DNA of 64,000 nucleotides, taken from positions 15,987-79,986 of the forward strand of contig JBIILU010000002.1 of assembly GCA_044338315.1 (NCBI GenBank). Direction: 5' to 3'. Below, one piece after another: positions 1 through 9,318 of this stretch. Source of the DNA: Microbacteriaceae bacterium (GTDB lineage Bacteria; Actinomycetota; Actinomycetes; Actinomycetales; Microbacteriaceae). The notes below the pieces were generated by a model. That model did not search any database. It was not told where the DNA came from and saw only the letters and a list, made by a program, of their open reading frames with translations. A program made the translations under genes and the position numbers. Positions within the stretch are counted from its first letter, which is position 1. Each line of letters begins with the position of its first letter.

Positions 1-770
1 GAACCAAGAAGCAGGCCCAGGAAGCGATTGCGTCAGAAGCCGGCCGCGTCGGCCAGCCCTACGTCAACCAGCGTTGGCTCGGTGGACTTCTCACGAACTT
101 CCAGACCGTCCTCGGCCGCCTCGAGCGCATGAAGGAACTGGAACAGGTCGACTTCGACGACACGACCAAGGGCTTCACCAAGAAAGAACTGCTCATGAAG
201 CGCCGCGAGCTCATCAAGCTCCACAAGTCGCTCGGTGGAATCCGTAACCTCACCAAGACCCCCAGCGCGCTGTGGGTTGTCGACGCCAAGCGCGAACACC
301 TCGCGATGAGCGAAGCAGCCAAGCTCGGCATCCCCGTCGTCGGAATTCTCGACACCAACGCGGACCCGGATGACATCGCTTACCCGATTGCGGGTAATGA
401 CGATGCAATTCGTTCGGTCGGACTGCTGACTCGTGTCATCGCGGACGCCGTTGCCGAAGGTCTCGTCATTCGCCACGACAAGCCCGCCGAGGGTGGAAAC
501 GTGTCTGCCGTCGAGCCGCTCGCCGCATGGGAGAAGGAACTTCTCGGAGAGGCTGCTGTCGCAGCTGCTGACAAGACTCCTGCCGACGAGACTCCTGCCG
601 ACGAGAGCGCGACAGAAGAGAAGGCACCCGCGGCCAAGAAGGCCCCCGCGGCAAAGAAGGCTCCGGCCAAGAAGTCCGACGCCGACGCAGAAAAGCCCGC
701 AAAGGCTCCTGCTGCAAAGAAGCCAGCAGCCGCTAAGAAGCCAGCGGTCAAGAAGCCAGCAGCCGAATAA
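1..770 (+). CDS. rpsB: 30S ribosomal protein S2, 5'-truncated by the window edge, with Ala/Pro/Lys-rich C-terminal tail
   Basis: Frame 3 is open from the window edge (..[17 protein letters not shown]..). [50 protein letters not shown] is the S2 core. It lies directly upstream of tsf. The last ~65 aa are [17 protein letters not shown]-type low complexity. Confidence 0.95.
   Translation, partial: TKKQAQEAIASEAGRVGQPYVNQRWLGGLLTNFQTVLGRLERMKELEQVDFDDTTKGFTKKELLMKRRELIKLHKSLGGIRNLTKTPSALWVVDAKREHLAMSEAAKLGIPVVGILDTNADPDDIAYPIAGNDDAIRSVGLLTRVIADAVAEGLVIRHDKPAEGGNVSAVEPLAAWEKELLGEAAVAAADKTPADETPADESATEEKAPAAKKAPAAKKAPAKKSDADAEKPAKAPAAKKPAAAKKPAVKKPAAE
573..767 (+). repeat. Coding low-complexity region: PAKK/PAAKK-type tail of S2
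   Basis: Translation [65 protein letters not shown]. Short degenerate tandem units are visible at the nucleotide level (gcccccgcggcaaagaaggc..). Confidence 0.8.
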
Positions 771-803
771 CACCCACCACACCAATCACGAAAGTAATCA
801 CTC

Positions 804-1631
804 ATGGCAAACTTTTCGCTCGAGGATGTCAAGGTGCTCCGTGAGCGCCTCGGCACCGGAATGATCGACACCAAGAACGCGCTCGTTGAGGCCGATGGTG
901 ACATGGAGAAGGCAGTCGAGATTCTCCGACTTAAGGGAGCAAAGGGCAACGCGAAGCGTGCCGACCGTTCCACCAGTGAGGGACTTGTTGTCGCTAAGGA
1001 GACCGCTGGAGCGGTCTACCTCATCGAACTCGCGTGCGAGACCGACTTTGTCGCCAAGAACGAGAAGTTCATCGCCCTTGCCGAGGTCGTCGCCGATGCG
1101 ATTGCTGCTGCAGGCGCCGATTCACTCGACGCGGCCCTCGCCGCTTCGGTTGGCAGCCAGTCCGTTGCCGACCGCATTTCGGACGACGCCGCCATCATCG
1201 GCGAGAAGGTTGAACTTCGCCGCGTGGCCAAGGTTGCCGGCGAGAAGTTCGCCGTCTACCTGCACCGCACCTCGAAGGATCTTCCCCCGCAGGTCGGCGT
1301 TGTCGTTGCGTACACGGGTTCCGACGAAGAGACCGCTCGCGCAATCGCGCAGCACATCTCGTTCGCCGACCCCCAGTACCTCGCCAAGTCGGATGTACCC
1401 CAGTCGGAGGTCGACAACGAGCGTCGTATCGTCGAGGAAATTTCTCGCGGCGAAGGCAAGCCCGACGCGGCTCTGCCGAAAATCGTTGAAGGGCGCCTCG
1501 GCGGATTCTTCAAGCAGGTTGCCCTGCTCGAGCAGGATTACGCGCGCGATAACAAGTTGACCGTGCAGCAGGTTCTTGACCAGGCCGGACTCGCCGTCAG
1601 TGGCTTTGTTCGGTACAAGGTCGGCGCCTAA
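804..1631 (+). CDS. tsf: Translation elongation factor Ts
   Basis: 275-aa ORF. It has the N-terminal UBA-like MANFSLEDVKVLRERLGTGMIDTKNALVEADGDMEKAVEILR and CETDFVAKNEKF. rpsB-tsf order. Confidence 0.96.
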   Translation: MANFSLEDVKVLRERLGTGMIDTKNALVEADGDMEKAVEILRLKGAKGNAKRADRSTSEGLVVAKETAGAVYLIELACETDFVAKNEKFIALAEVVADAIAAAGADSLDAALAASVGSQSVADRISDDAAIIGEKVELRRVAKVAGEKFAVYLHRTSKDLPPQVGVVVAYTGSDEETARAIAQHISFADPQYLAKSDVPQSEVDNERRIVEEISRGEGKPDAALPKIVEGRLGGFFKQVALLEQDYARDNKLTVQQVLDQAGLAVSGFVRYKVGA

Positions 1632-1642
1632 AAACCGTAGTT

Positions 1643-1675
1643 GAAGGGCGGTTCGCTACACGCGAGCCGCCCTTC
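1643..1675 (+). terminator. GC-rich hairpin after tsf (terminator/attenuator candidate)
   Basis: GAAGGGCGGTTCGC-TACAC-GCGAGCCGCCCTTC forms a ~14-bp stem (one G.U) starting 12 nt after the tsf stop. It is followed by GCTGTTTCCC, which is only weakly T-rich. Confidence 0.5.
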
Positions 1676-1724
1676 GCTGTTTCCCGTGGTTTCTCGGTAC
1701 TCTGGAACTCGAAAGTGAGGTTCC

Positions 1725-2429
1725 ATGACTACGCGCCGCGTCCTTCTGAAACTGTCCGGTGAAGCGTTTGGCGGAGGAACCCTCGGGGTCAACCCCGACA
1801 TCGTCAGCGCCATCGCTCGTGAAATTGCCGATGCGGCGAAGGACGTGCAGGTCGCCATCGTGGTTGGTGGCGGTAACTTCTTCCGCGGCGCCGAGTTGAG
1901 CCAACGCGGCATGGACCGCTCGCGCGCTGACTACATGGGAATGCTGGGCACGATGATGAACGCCCTCGCCCTCCAGGACTTTCTCGAGCAGGCTGGTCAG
2001 CCGGTGCGGGTGCAGTCGGCGATCGAGATGACCCAGGTCGCCGAGCCCTACATCCCGCTGCGCGCGATCCGCCACCTCGAAAAGGGTCGTGTTGTCATCT
2101 TCGGAGCGGGCGCGGGTCTTCCATACTTCTCAACCGACACGGTTTCCGCTCAGCGCGCTCTCGAAATCGGTGCGACGGAGGTTCTCGTCGCGAAGAACGG
2201 TGTCGACGGCATCTACGACGACGACCCGAAAAAGAATCCCAAGGCCGTCCTGCTCGACACGGTCACGTACTCGGCGGCTCTCGAAAAGGGGCTCAAGGTA
2301 ATCGACGCGACGGCCTTCGCGCTTTGTCGTGACAACAATCTTCCGATGCGCGTGTTCGGTATGGAACCGGGCGGCAACATCACCAGAGCAATTCTCGGCG
2401 AGAACATCGGAACGGTCGTCAGCAATTAG
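1725..2429 (+). CDS. pyrH: UMP kinase
   Basis: 234 aa with [13 protein letters not shown] and [10 protein letters not shown] motifs. Conserved tsf-pyrH-frr order. Confidence 0.96.
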   Translation: MTTRRVLLKLSGEAFGGGTLGVNPDIVSAIAREIADAAKDVQVAIVVGGGNFFRGAELSQRGMDRSRADYMGMLGTMMNALALQDFLEQAGQPVRVQSAIEMTQVAEPYIPLRAIRHLEKGRVVIFGAGAGLPYFSTDTVSAQRALEIGATEVLVAKNGVDGIYDDDPKKNPKAVLLDTVTYSAALEKGLKVIDATAFALCRDNNLPMRVFGMEPGGNITRAILGENIGTVVSN

Positions 2430-3279
2430 TTCGCTGGTCCTGCTGCTTATTGCGGGAGGTGCCGTCGCGCACGCCAGCTGGAACCTCATCCTCAAGCGGT
2501 TGGGCTCGTCCACTCCGACGCTCCTCTGGTGGGTCCACGTTGTCGGGGCAGTGCTCATCGCGCCACTCGGCGTTTCCACTCTCGCTGCTGCCGGGTTTGA
2601 GTGGCACTGGATTATTATCGCGGCGGTCTGCGGAGCGTTCGAGGTTGTCTATTTTCTCTTGCTGCAGCGCGGCTATCGCGACGGAGACGTCTCACTCGTC
2701 TATCCGCTCGCGCGGGGAACCGGCCCGACACTTTCTGTTCTCGGTTCCATCGTCATCCTCGGTGAGCGGCCTTCTGCGCTCGCGCTCGTCGGCGTCGCCG
2801 TCATCGTGACCGGGATCGCCGTCATCTCGACGGCCGGATCCAGAACGGGAACGCGGGCACCGCTGAGTTCCGTGCTCTACGGACTGGGCGTCGGCGTGAT
2901 GATCGCGTGCTTTACCGTGTGGGACGGTTGGGCGGTCGGCACGCTCGAGCTGCCCCCCATCGGGTATTTCTGGATGGCCATCGTCGTCCAGGCAATTCTG
3001 TTCACGCCGATGGCGTTGCGTGGACACAATATCGGGGCATCGATTCGCACCAACCCGATCTCCATCGTCGCCATTGCACTCCTTGGACCGGCGTCGTACA
3101 TGCTCGCACTGACCGCGATTCAACTGAGTTCGGTCTCGCTCGTTGCGCCGGCGCGTGAAGTCTCGGTCATCCTCGTTGCGCTGGGTGGCGCGTTCTTTTT
3201 CGGCGAGAAGCACGTCGTTCAGCGCGTAATCGGTTCCGCCATTGTCGTGTCGGGAGTCGCACTGCTCGCGGTCGGTTGA
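2329..3279 (+). CDS. EamA/DMT-family transporter (start uncertain)
   Basis: Hydrophobic multi-TM profile with two EamA-like halves. The only canonical in-frame start is GTG 2329, which overlaps pyrH by 101 nt. The hydrophobic core starts near 2431 ([19 protein letters not shown]), so a non-canonical start (ATT 2425 or CTG 2434) is possible. Confidence 0.75.
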   Translation: MTTIFRCACSVWNRAATSPEQFSARTSERSSAISSLVLLLIAGGAVAHASWNLILKRLGSSTPTLLWWVHVVGAVLIAPLGVSTLAAAGFEWHWIIIAAVCGAFEVVYFLLLQRGYRDGDVSLVYPLARGTGPTLSVLGSIVILGERPSALALVGVAVIVTGIAVISTAGSRTGTRAPLSSVLYGLGVGVMIACFTVWDGWAVGTLELPPIGYFWMAIVVQAILFTPMALRGHNIGASIRTNPISIVAIALLGPASYMLALTAIQLSSVSLVAPAREVSVILVALGGAFFFGEKHVVQRVIGSAIVVSGVALLAVG

Positions 3280-3312
3280 CGGATAGACTCAAGGAAAACC
3301 GAGGAGGACCCT

Positions 3313-3864
3313 GTGATTGCCGAGACCATTGCCGAAGTATCGGAAAAAATGAACAAGGCCGTGGACATCATCAAGGATGACTTCCAAACGGTGCGAACGG
3401 GTCGCGCAAACCCCGCGCTGTTCCAAAAAATCTTGGTGGATTATTACGGAACCCCAACCCCGCTCGGTCAACTTGCCGGTTTGCAAAATCCAGAGGCGCG
3501 GACTCTCGTCATTCAGCCCTACGACAAGGGTGCTCTCAAAGAGATCGAAAAGGCGATTGTCAACTTTCCCAACCTTGGCGCAACCCCCACGAACGATGGC
3601 GACATTATCCGTGTGACCATGCCGGAATTGACCGAGGAGCGCCGCAAGGAATACGTCAAGATTGTGAAAGCGAAGGCCGAGGATGGCCGAGTGGCGATTC
3701 GCAACATTCGTCGCAAGGGCATTTCCGACGTCGAAGCGCTGAAAGACACCTCCGAAGACGAGGTTTCGCGCGCGGAGAAGGAAATCGAGCACTTGACCAA
3801 ACAGCACATTGAGGCGCTCGATGACGCGCTGAAAAAGAAGGAAGCCGAGCTTCTCGAGGTCTAG
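3313..3864 (+). CDS. frr: Ribosome recycling factor
   Basis: 183 aa, [27 protein letters not shown] start preceded by GAGGAGG. pyrH-frr-cdsA order. Confidence 0.96.
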   Translation: MIAETIAEVSEKMNKAVDIIKDDFQTVRTGRANPALFQKILVDYYGTPTPLGQLAGLQNPEARTLVIQPYDKGALKEIEKAIVNFPNLGATPTNDGDIIRVTMPELTEERRKEYVKIVKAKAEDGRVAIRNIRRKGISDVEALKDTSEDEVSRAEKEIEHLTKQHIEALDDALKKKEAELLEV

Positions 3865-4722
3865 ATGGACATCGACCACGTCATTCGCGACGCGGGCGCC
3901 AAGGTGGAGGCCCGCACGGGTCGCAATCTTTTCGCCGCGCTCACAATTGGTATTGGCCTCGGCGTCGTCTTCATTTTCAGCCTGATTTTTGACAAGCAGT
4001 GGTTCATCCTGTTCCTCGGGTTGTTCGTTGGTTTCGGAACCTGGGAACTTGCCACCATTTCGCGCACCGCAAAGCGCCACGTACCGAGAATCCCCGTACT
4101 CATTTCTGCTTTAGCAATGCTGCCCGCAACGTACTATTTCGGTTATCTCGGGCAAGTGCTAACGCTCGCCGCTGGAATCATCTTCGCAATCGTGTGGCAC
4201 GTGGTGCAGCGCTGGCTGTCGCGGTCCGACATCACCGACCGCGACGTACTCATGTCGGCATTCACGCTTGCCTACGTTCCTTTCCTCGCGTCGTTTGCTG
4301 TCCTCATGACCGCTCGCGACGGCGGTGAGTGGTGGACCCTGGGAACGATGATCATCATCGCGAGCGTCGACACCGGTGCTTTCGCCACAGGGGTTCTGTT
4401 CGGAAAGACGCCGATGGCACCGAAGATTTCGCCGAAGAAAACGTGGGAGGGCTTCGTCGGTTCGGCAATCTTTGCGTTACTGGCGGGCTATTTCGTTGCC
4501 ACTCTCGCGGTGCACATCGACTGGTGGTGGGGAGTCCTTCTCGGCCTCATCATCCTCGGCGTTGCGACGGTCGGTGACCTCATTGAGTCACTGATTAAGC
4601 GGGACCTGGGAACCAAAGACGCATCGCAATTGATTCCCGGTCACGGCGGGTTCCTTGACCGGCTCGATTCGGTTCTGCCATCGATGTTTGCCGCTTCGGT
4701 TTTCGCCATCCTCTTTTCCTAG
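3865..4722 (+). CDS. cdsA: Phosphatidate cytidylyltransferase
   Basis: 285-aa multi-TM protein with the C-terminal signature KRDLGTKDASQLIPGHGGFLDRLDS. The ATG abuts the frr stop. Confidence 0.93.
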   Translation: MDIDHVIRDAGAKVEARTGRNLFAALTIGIGLGVVFIFSLIFDKQWFILFLGLFVGFGTWELATISRTAKRHVPRIPVLISALAMLPATYYFGYLGQVLTLAAGIIFAIVWHVVQRWLSRSDITDRDVLMSAFTLAYVPFLASFAVLMTARDGGEWWTLGTMIIIASVDTGAFATGVLFGKTPMAPKISPKKTWEGFVGSAIFALLAGYFVATLAVHIDWWWGVLLGLIILGVATVGDLIESLIKRDLGTKDASQLIPGHGGFLDRLDSVLPSMFAASVFAILFS

Positions 4723-4736
4723 GGCACAATAGAGAG

Positions 4737-5273
4737 GTGACTTTCCCTCTCGCAGAATCCAAGTCCCTCGGTTACGACCAGGGAGTGGTCGACTCATTTC
4801 TTGCCAGCGCCCGAGAGTCGTTTCAGTCCGGCGACAAGACCGTAACCAGCGCTAGTGTGCGGTCGGTCGTGTTTCCGCTCGTCAAGAGTGGCTACGCCCC
4901 CGCCGAGGTCGATTCCGCTATCGACCGGCTCGAAGACACTTTTGCCGAACGTGAACGCGATGCGCGCATTGCCGAAGTCGGAATTGACGCGTGGAACGCG
5001 GAAGCCCGCGAAATCGCTCAAGACATTCTCAACAGAATTGCTCGCCCCAAGGGAACACGTTTCCGTCGTTCCGGTTTGTTTGCGTACGGCTACAACGTCT
5101 CCGATGTGGACGCTTTTACCCAGCAAATTCACGGCTACTTCACCGAGGGTGGGAACCTGTCGCGCAACGACGTGCGAGCCACGGTGTTCCGACCTCAACT
5201 ACGCGGGTATGACGAAGCACAAGTCGACTTCCTGCTCGACGAGCTGGTTCGCGTCATGCTCGCTGTGAGGTAG
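4737..5273 (+). CDS. DivIVA-domain protein with four tandem DivIVA N-terminal motifs
   Basis: Four copies of the F..x..GY-x4-VD-xF/L motif: FPLAESKSLGYDQGVVDSFL, FPLVKSGYAPAEVDSAIDRL, FAYGYNVSDVDAFTQQI, FRPQLRGYDEAQVDFLLDEL. Confidence 0.8.
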   Translation: MTFPLAESKSLGYDQGVVDSFLASARESFQSGDKTVTSASVRSVVFPLVKSGYAPAEVDSAIDRLEDTFAERERDARIAEVGIDAWNAEAREIAQDILNRIARPKGTRFRRSGLFAYGYNVSDVDAFTQQIHGYFTEGGNLSRNDVRATVFRPQLRGYDEAQVDFLLDELVRVMLAVR

Positions 5274-5809
5274 TGAAAACTTCCGCGCGTTCTCTGACAC
5301 GCGCGGTGGTGTCGATCGCCGCAGTGGTTGGAATCTCCGCTCTCGTTCTCGGTCCGCTGATTGCCCCGTTTGCGGTGAACGCATTGGGGGGTTCGTCCTC
5401 GGCGGAGGGTGCAGACGGCCAGAACTTCACCGCGATTGACGGCGCGGGGGTAAAGGTCGAGCGAGACGCCTGGGGCATCAAGTCGGGCTTCCTCGCATCG
5501 ACAGACGTTGGCGCCGCCCAAGAATACGCGCGCACTCAACTGCAGGACGCGGGTGCCGGAGAGGGCGAATTTCAGTGCCTCGTCGATCTGTGGACACGAG
5601 AATCCCGCTGGAATCATCGAGCTCTGAACAAGAGCAGCGGTGCTTACGGGATCCCGCAGTCGTTGCCGGGCAAGAAGATGGCGTCGGCCGGCGCGGATTG
5701 GGAAACGAACCCTGAAACCCAGATTGACTGGGGACTGGGCTACATCAAACAGCGTTACAAGACCCCGTGCCGTGCCTGGAAGCACTCCGAAGACAACGGG
5801 TGGTACTGA
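5273..5809 (+). CDS. Secreted lytic-transglycosylase-like protein
   Basis: N-terminal signal/TM (SIAAVVGISALVLGPLIAPFAV). C-terminal CLVDLWTRESRWNHRALNKSSGAYGIPQSLPG..WGLGYIKQRYKTPC resembles an SLT-type domain. The GTG overlaps the upstream stop (TAGTG). Confidence 0.7.
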   Translation: MKTSARSLTRAVVSIAAVVGISALVLGPLIAPFAVNALGGSSSAEGADGQNFTAIDGAGVKVERDAWGIKSGFLASTDVGAAQEYARTQLQDAGAGEGEFQCLVDLWTRESRWNHRALNKSSGAYGIPQSLPGKKMASAGADWETNPETQIDWGLGYIKQRYKTPCRAWKHSEDNGWY

Positions 5810-6093
5810 TGGCTCGACGAAACAAGCCGAAGCGCGAGGAGCACGTGCCGCTTGACCTCAACCGGACGATGGGTTCCCGCCGCGTTGAAACACGCCGTGG
5901 CGAGGCGTACATCGTGCAGGACATTCCCGCGGCAAATGCGCAGAAGGAATATTCCTGTCCCGGTTGCGTCATCCCCATTGCAATCGGAATGGTGCACCTC
6001 GTGGCGTGGCGCGAAGAGGGTCTTTTCGGCGAAGAGGCAGCGTTGCGCGACCGTCGCCACTGGCACATCCCGTGTTGGAAGTCGGGTCGATGA
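5809..6093 (+). CDS. Small conserved Cys/His protein (zinc-ribbon-like), function unknown
   Basis: 94 aa, MARRNKPKREEH.., with CPGC ... HWHIPC. The start overlaps the upstream stop (TGATG) and its own stop overlaps the next start (ATGA). Confidence 0.6.
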   Translation: MARRNKPKREEHVPLDLNRTMGSRRVETRRGEAYIVQDIPAANAQKEYSCPGCVIPIAIGMVHLVAWREEGLFGEEAALRDRRHWHIPCWKSGR

Positions 6094-6800
6094 ACGAGAT
6101 CCGCTCGATGTCGGTCCTGCCGGCAATCCGTCAAGACGTTGAATTCCTGACGACGGATGGTCTGACGCTGGTCGGTGAACTCGCGCTCCCCGAATCCGGG
6201 CACCCCGTGGCGACAATTCTTTTTCTTCATCCGCTGCCCACCGCCGGCGGCTTTATGGATTCGCACATCCTCCGCAAGGCGGCCAACCGATTGCCCGCTT
6301 TGGCCAACATCGCGGTACTTCGCTTCAACTTTCGCGGCGTGTCCAGCCCGCGAGGAACCTCCGAGGGTCAATTCGGTGAGGGCATCGACGAACGTCTCGA
6401 CTTCGAGGCAGCGCTGGCCTTCATCCGTGAACGCGGGCTGCCAACCCCGTGGGTCATCGGGTGGTCGTTCGGAACCGAAGTCGCGCTTCAACACGCGGCT
6501 GGCCACGACGTTGCGGGGCTGATTCTGTTGTCACCCCCGCTGCACCGCACGTCTGCCGAGGCGTTGGCGCGGTGGAACGCACACGATGTTCCGATCGTTG
6601 CGCTAGTGCCCGAGCACGACGACTATCTGAAGCCAGCAGAGGCGCGCGACAGATTTGCCACGGTTCCGCGCGTCGAGGTGGTCGAGGTCGAGGACGGAAA
6701 ACACCTGTGGGTCGGCGAGCAGCAAACGTTCCGGGTGCTCAGTGAAATCGTCAAACGGCTAAACCCGGCGGCGCTTCCGTTACCGACGCACTTCGCCTAA
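6090..6800 (+). CDS. Alpha/beta hydrolase
   Basis: 236 aa from ATG 6090 (MNEIRSMSVLPAIRQDVEF..) with nucleophile elbow GWSFG. The longer ORF from 5964 would overlap the upstream gene. Confidence 0.8.
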   Translation: MNEIRSMSVLPAIRQDVEFLTTDGLTLVGELALPESGHPVATILFLHPLPTAGGFMDSHILRKAANRLPALANIAVLRFNFRGVSSPRGTSEGQFGEGIDERLDFEAALAFIRERGLPTPWVIGWSFGTEVALQHAAGHDVAGLILLSPPLHRTSAEALARWNAHDVPIVALVPEHDDYLKPAEARDRFATVPRVEVVEVEDGKHLWVGEQQTFRVLSEIVKRLNPAALPLPTHFA

Positions 6801-7858
6801 CGCTTTTCCTGTGCGGGGACGATCACTTCGCGCAGGATGATGAGCACGGATGCGGCGACCGGAATCGCGACGATTGCGCCGAGGACACCCATGAGCGCGC
6901 CGCCCGCTAGTGCCGAAATAATCACGACGACGCCGGGCACCTTGACGGCGCGATTCATGATCATCGGGCCGATCACGTACGCCTCGATCTGTGTGTAGAC
7001 AAGGTAGTAAATCGCCACGGTCAGTGTCAGCCCTGGATTGTCGGGCGCAATCAAAAATTGAGTGAGGACGATGATGATCGACCCTGTGATTGTTCCCACC
7101 AACGGGATGAGCGAGAACATCAGGGCGATGATCGCGAATAGTGCAGGGTATTGCGCGCCGATCAGCGACAGCGCGACGAAACTGAGAATTCCGTTCGTCA
7201 TTCCCTGCGAGCCCTGGCCAATCACGTATTGGCCCACAGCTTTGATGACCTGCTCAGCTAACCGAATGAAGGTGTCGCGCTTCGAGGCGGGAACGACGGA
7301 GTAGACGGCAGAGGTGATGGACGGGAGCGACACAACCAAATAGATGGTCAGCATGACCGTAAGAAACGCACCGAGCGCAGCATTGGCGAACCCGGCTCCG
7401 ACCGAGAGCACGCCGCCACCGATGCTGCCGATGTTGGCGGGGTTCGACAGGAAGTCGATGATGCCCTGAACGGTCGCGTGAACATCGAGTGATTCCAGCG
7501 GGATGATCGATTGAATCGCGGTTTCCAACTCGGTGAGAGAGCCGTAGGACGTCAGGAACGTCAGAACCGTGTCGTACAGAAGCGTCATCTGTTCAACGAG
7601 CACGGGCACAATTGCGAGAGCAAATCCTGCGAACACGCCGAGCAAGGCGACAACGACGGTGACGACGGCGAGCCAGCGCGGAAACGCCTTCGTAACCAGG
7701 TACCGAACGATCGGGTCAAGGCCGAGGGCGAGGAACAGCGCAAACCCAACATAGGTGATGACCGAACCGAGGGTGACGACGGCTCCGCCGATCAGAATCG
7801 CGGTGAGAACACCGAGTCCGCCGAGCAGGCCGATTCGGAACGCACCGTGGACAGTCAC
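6797..7858 (-). CDS. AI-2E (PerM) family transporter
   Basis: 353-aa polytopic membrane protein with typical AI-2E family layout and length. The GTG start overlaps the upstream stop by 1 nt. Confidence 0.82.
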   Translation of the reverse strand: MTVHGAFRIGLLGGLGVLTAILIGGAVVTLGSVITYVGFALFLALGLDPIVRYLVTKAFPRWLAVVTVVVALLGVFAGFALAIVPVLVEQMTLLYDTVLTFLTSYGSLTELETAIQSIIPLESLDVHATVQGIIDFLSNPANIGSIGGGVLSVGAGFANAALGAFLTVMLTIYLVVSLPSITSAVYSVVPASKRDTFIRLAEQVIKAVGQYVIGQGSQGMTNGILSFVALSLIGAQYPALFAIIALMFSLIPLVGTITGSIIIVLTQFLIAPDNPGLTLTVAIYYLVYTQIEAYVIGPMIMNRAVKVPGVVVIISALAGGALMGVLGAIVAIPVAASVLIILREVIVPAQEKR

Positions 7859-9198
7859 TACTTGCCCGCGGATTTACGTGTTTGTTTTGCTCCCTGTGCC
7901 GGTTTGGCGGGCGCTGCAGTTGCGGGCTTCGCGGGTGCAGCTTTGGGTGCTGGTTTAGCTGGTGCCGGTTTGGCTGGCGCAGCAGATGCGGGCTTCGCCG
8001 GTGTTGCTTTGGGTGCTGGCTTGGTTGGCGCTGCAGCTGCAGGTTTTGCGGGTGCTGGTTTCGAGGGGTCAGCATCGCGCTTGACGACGTTGGCGGTTGG
8101 CGCGGCCTTGACCTTGGGTCCGTTGGATGCTCGAATCGCCGACGAGAAGTGCTTGTTGAGATCACCGATGTACGCGGCAATGACATCGCGTTCGGATTGG
8201 AGATGCAATAGTCGCTTTTCCGAATCTTCGACGATGGACTTCGCTTCCGAGCGGGCGCGCACAAGAATCTTCCTCGCGCGGGCCTCGGCGTCGGTTACGA
8301 GGTGGCGTGATTGTTCTTTCGCCGCGATCTCGACACGTTCACGCGTCTTGAGGATTTCGGATTCGAGGCGGTGGTGTTCCTTCTTTAGCGACCCCAGCGA
8401 CTTCTGAAGTGCCGTGAATTCCTCGTTTGCCTTCTTAAGATACATTTCGTTCTGAGCCACGGCGTCGCGGTGGTGATCGAGGAGCTTTTCTTCTTCTTCG
8501 TGGCGACGCGCGGTCACCTCAGCGGCGAGATCAAGCTTGGCACGGTCGGCCTCGGCGAGAAGTTTTGCGATTTCCGCCCGCTTTTCCTGAAACTCTTTGT
8601 CCATCACGAGTCGCGCCTCGGCCATTTCACGGTCGAATGCAGCTTGCTTTTCCGCGAGCTCGCGCCGGGTCGTTGCGCGCAATTCGGCCGCTTCGGTGGA
8701 CGCGCTGCCGCGAATTCGAACGCCTTCGCGAACCGCTTCGTCATTCATTGACTTGATGTCGCGCTCCGCAATCGTCATCATGTTTCCGGAGTCGATTGTT
8801 GCGGAATTTGTTGCGTACGTAGCCCGTTCGTTGGCGGATGCCAAAATTGCGTCGGCTCGGGCTGTTGCATCGGACACGATCTGGTCGGCCTCGATGCGGG
8901 CGTCGGTCAGAATTCGCTGGGAGTTGACATCTGACGTGGATACGAGTGCTGTTGCTTGTTCCTCGGCGGTGCGTAAAACCATTTCGAGTTTGGTTCCCAG
9001 GACGGCGTATGACGGCGATCCCGATTCGGCTGCCGTGACGTCCGGGTTGGTTCCGGAAAGACGGGCGAGCTCCGCGGCCAGCTCGTTGCGTTCAGCGTTC
9101 GCGGCGATAATCTCGCGGCGCAGGTTGTTTATGGCTTTATCGACGTCCTCGCGCGCATAGCCACGTATCGCCAAGGGGAACTGTCCGTCGTTAGCCAT
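7858..9198 (-). CDS. DivIVA-domain coiled-coil protein with PAKPA-repeat tail
   Basis: ATG at 9198 is preceded by AAGGAGAG. The N-terminus MANDGQFPLAIRGYAREDVDKAINNL is a DivIVA motif. About 330 aa of Ala/Glu/Arg-rich coiled coil follow, then a 69-aa (K)PAPAKPA tail. Only this part of the 1300-aa ORF 7858..11760 is credible. Confidence 0.82.
   Translation of the reverse strand: MANDGQFPLAIRGYAREDVDKAINNLRREIIAANAERNELAAELARLSGTNPDVTAAESGSPSYAVLGTKLEMVLRTAEEQATALVSTSDVNSQRILTDARIEADQIVSDATARADAILASANERATYATNSATIDSGNMMTIAERDIKSMNDEAVREGVRIRGSASTEAAELRATTRRELAEKQAAFDREMAEARLVMDKEFQEKRAEIAKLLAEADRAKLDLAAEVTARRHEEEEKLLDHHRDAVAQNEMYLKKANEEFTALQKSLGSLKKEHHRLESEILKTRERVEIAAKEQSRHLVTDAEARARKILVRARSEAKSIVEDSEKRLLHLQSERDVIAAYIGDLNKHFSSAIRASNGPKVKAAPTANVVKRDADPSKPAPAKPAAAAPTKPAPKATPAKPASAAPAKPAPAKPAPKAAPAKPATAAPAKPAQGAKQTRKSAGK
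7861..8067 (-). repeat. Coding low-complexity repeat (PAKPA units)
   Basis: PSKPAPAKPAAAAPTKPAPKATPAKPASAAPAKPAPAKPAPKAAPAKPATAAPAKPAQG. Degenerate tandem units (gctggtttagctggtgccggtttggctggc..) are visible on the plus strand. Confidence 0.8.
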
Positions 9199-9318
9199 AA
9201 AATCTCTCCTTGAAGGTTGCTCGCTCAGTTTACCCGTAGGGGCGGACAGGCGACAACTGAGTGCACGGGCTCTGGTGCGTCGGCTAAACTGGAGCCTTGC
9301 CGTTGTGAGGGGGTCTGA

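Noticed and set aside
7861-8067. Possible tandem repeat or CRISPR-like periodicity in the gctgg/ggtgc-rich stretch
   Set aside because: The units are short (about 15 nt), degenerate and in frame. They encode the PAKPA tail of a protein. There are no spacer-repeat architecture and no cas genes.
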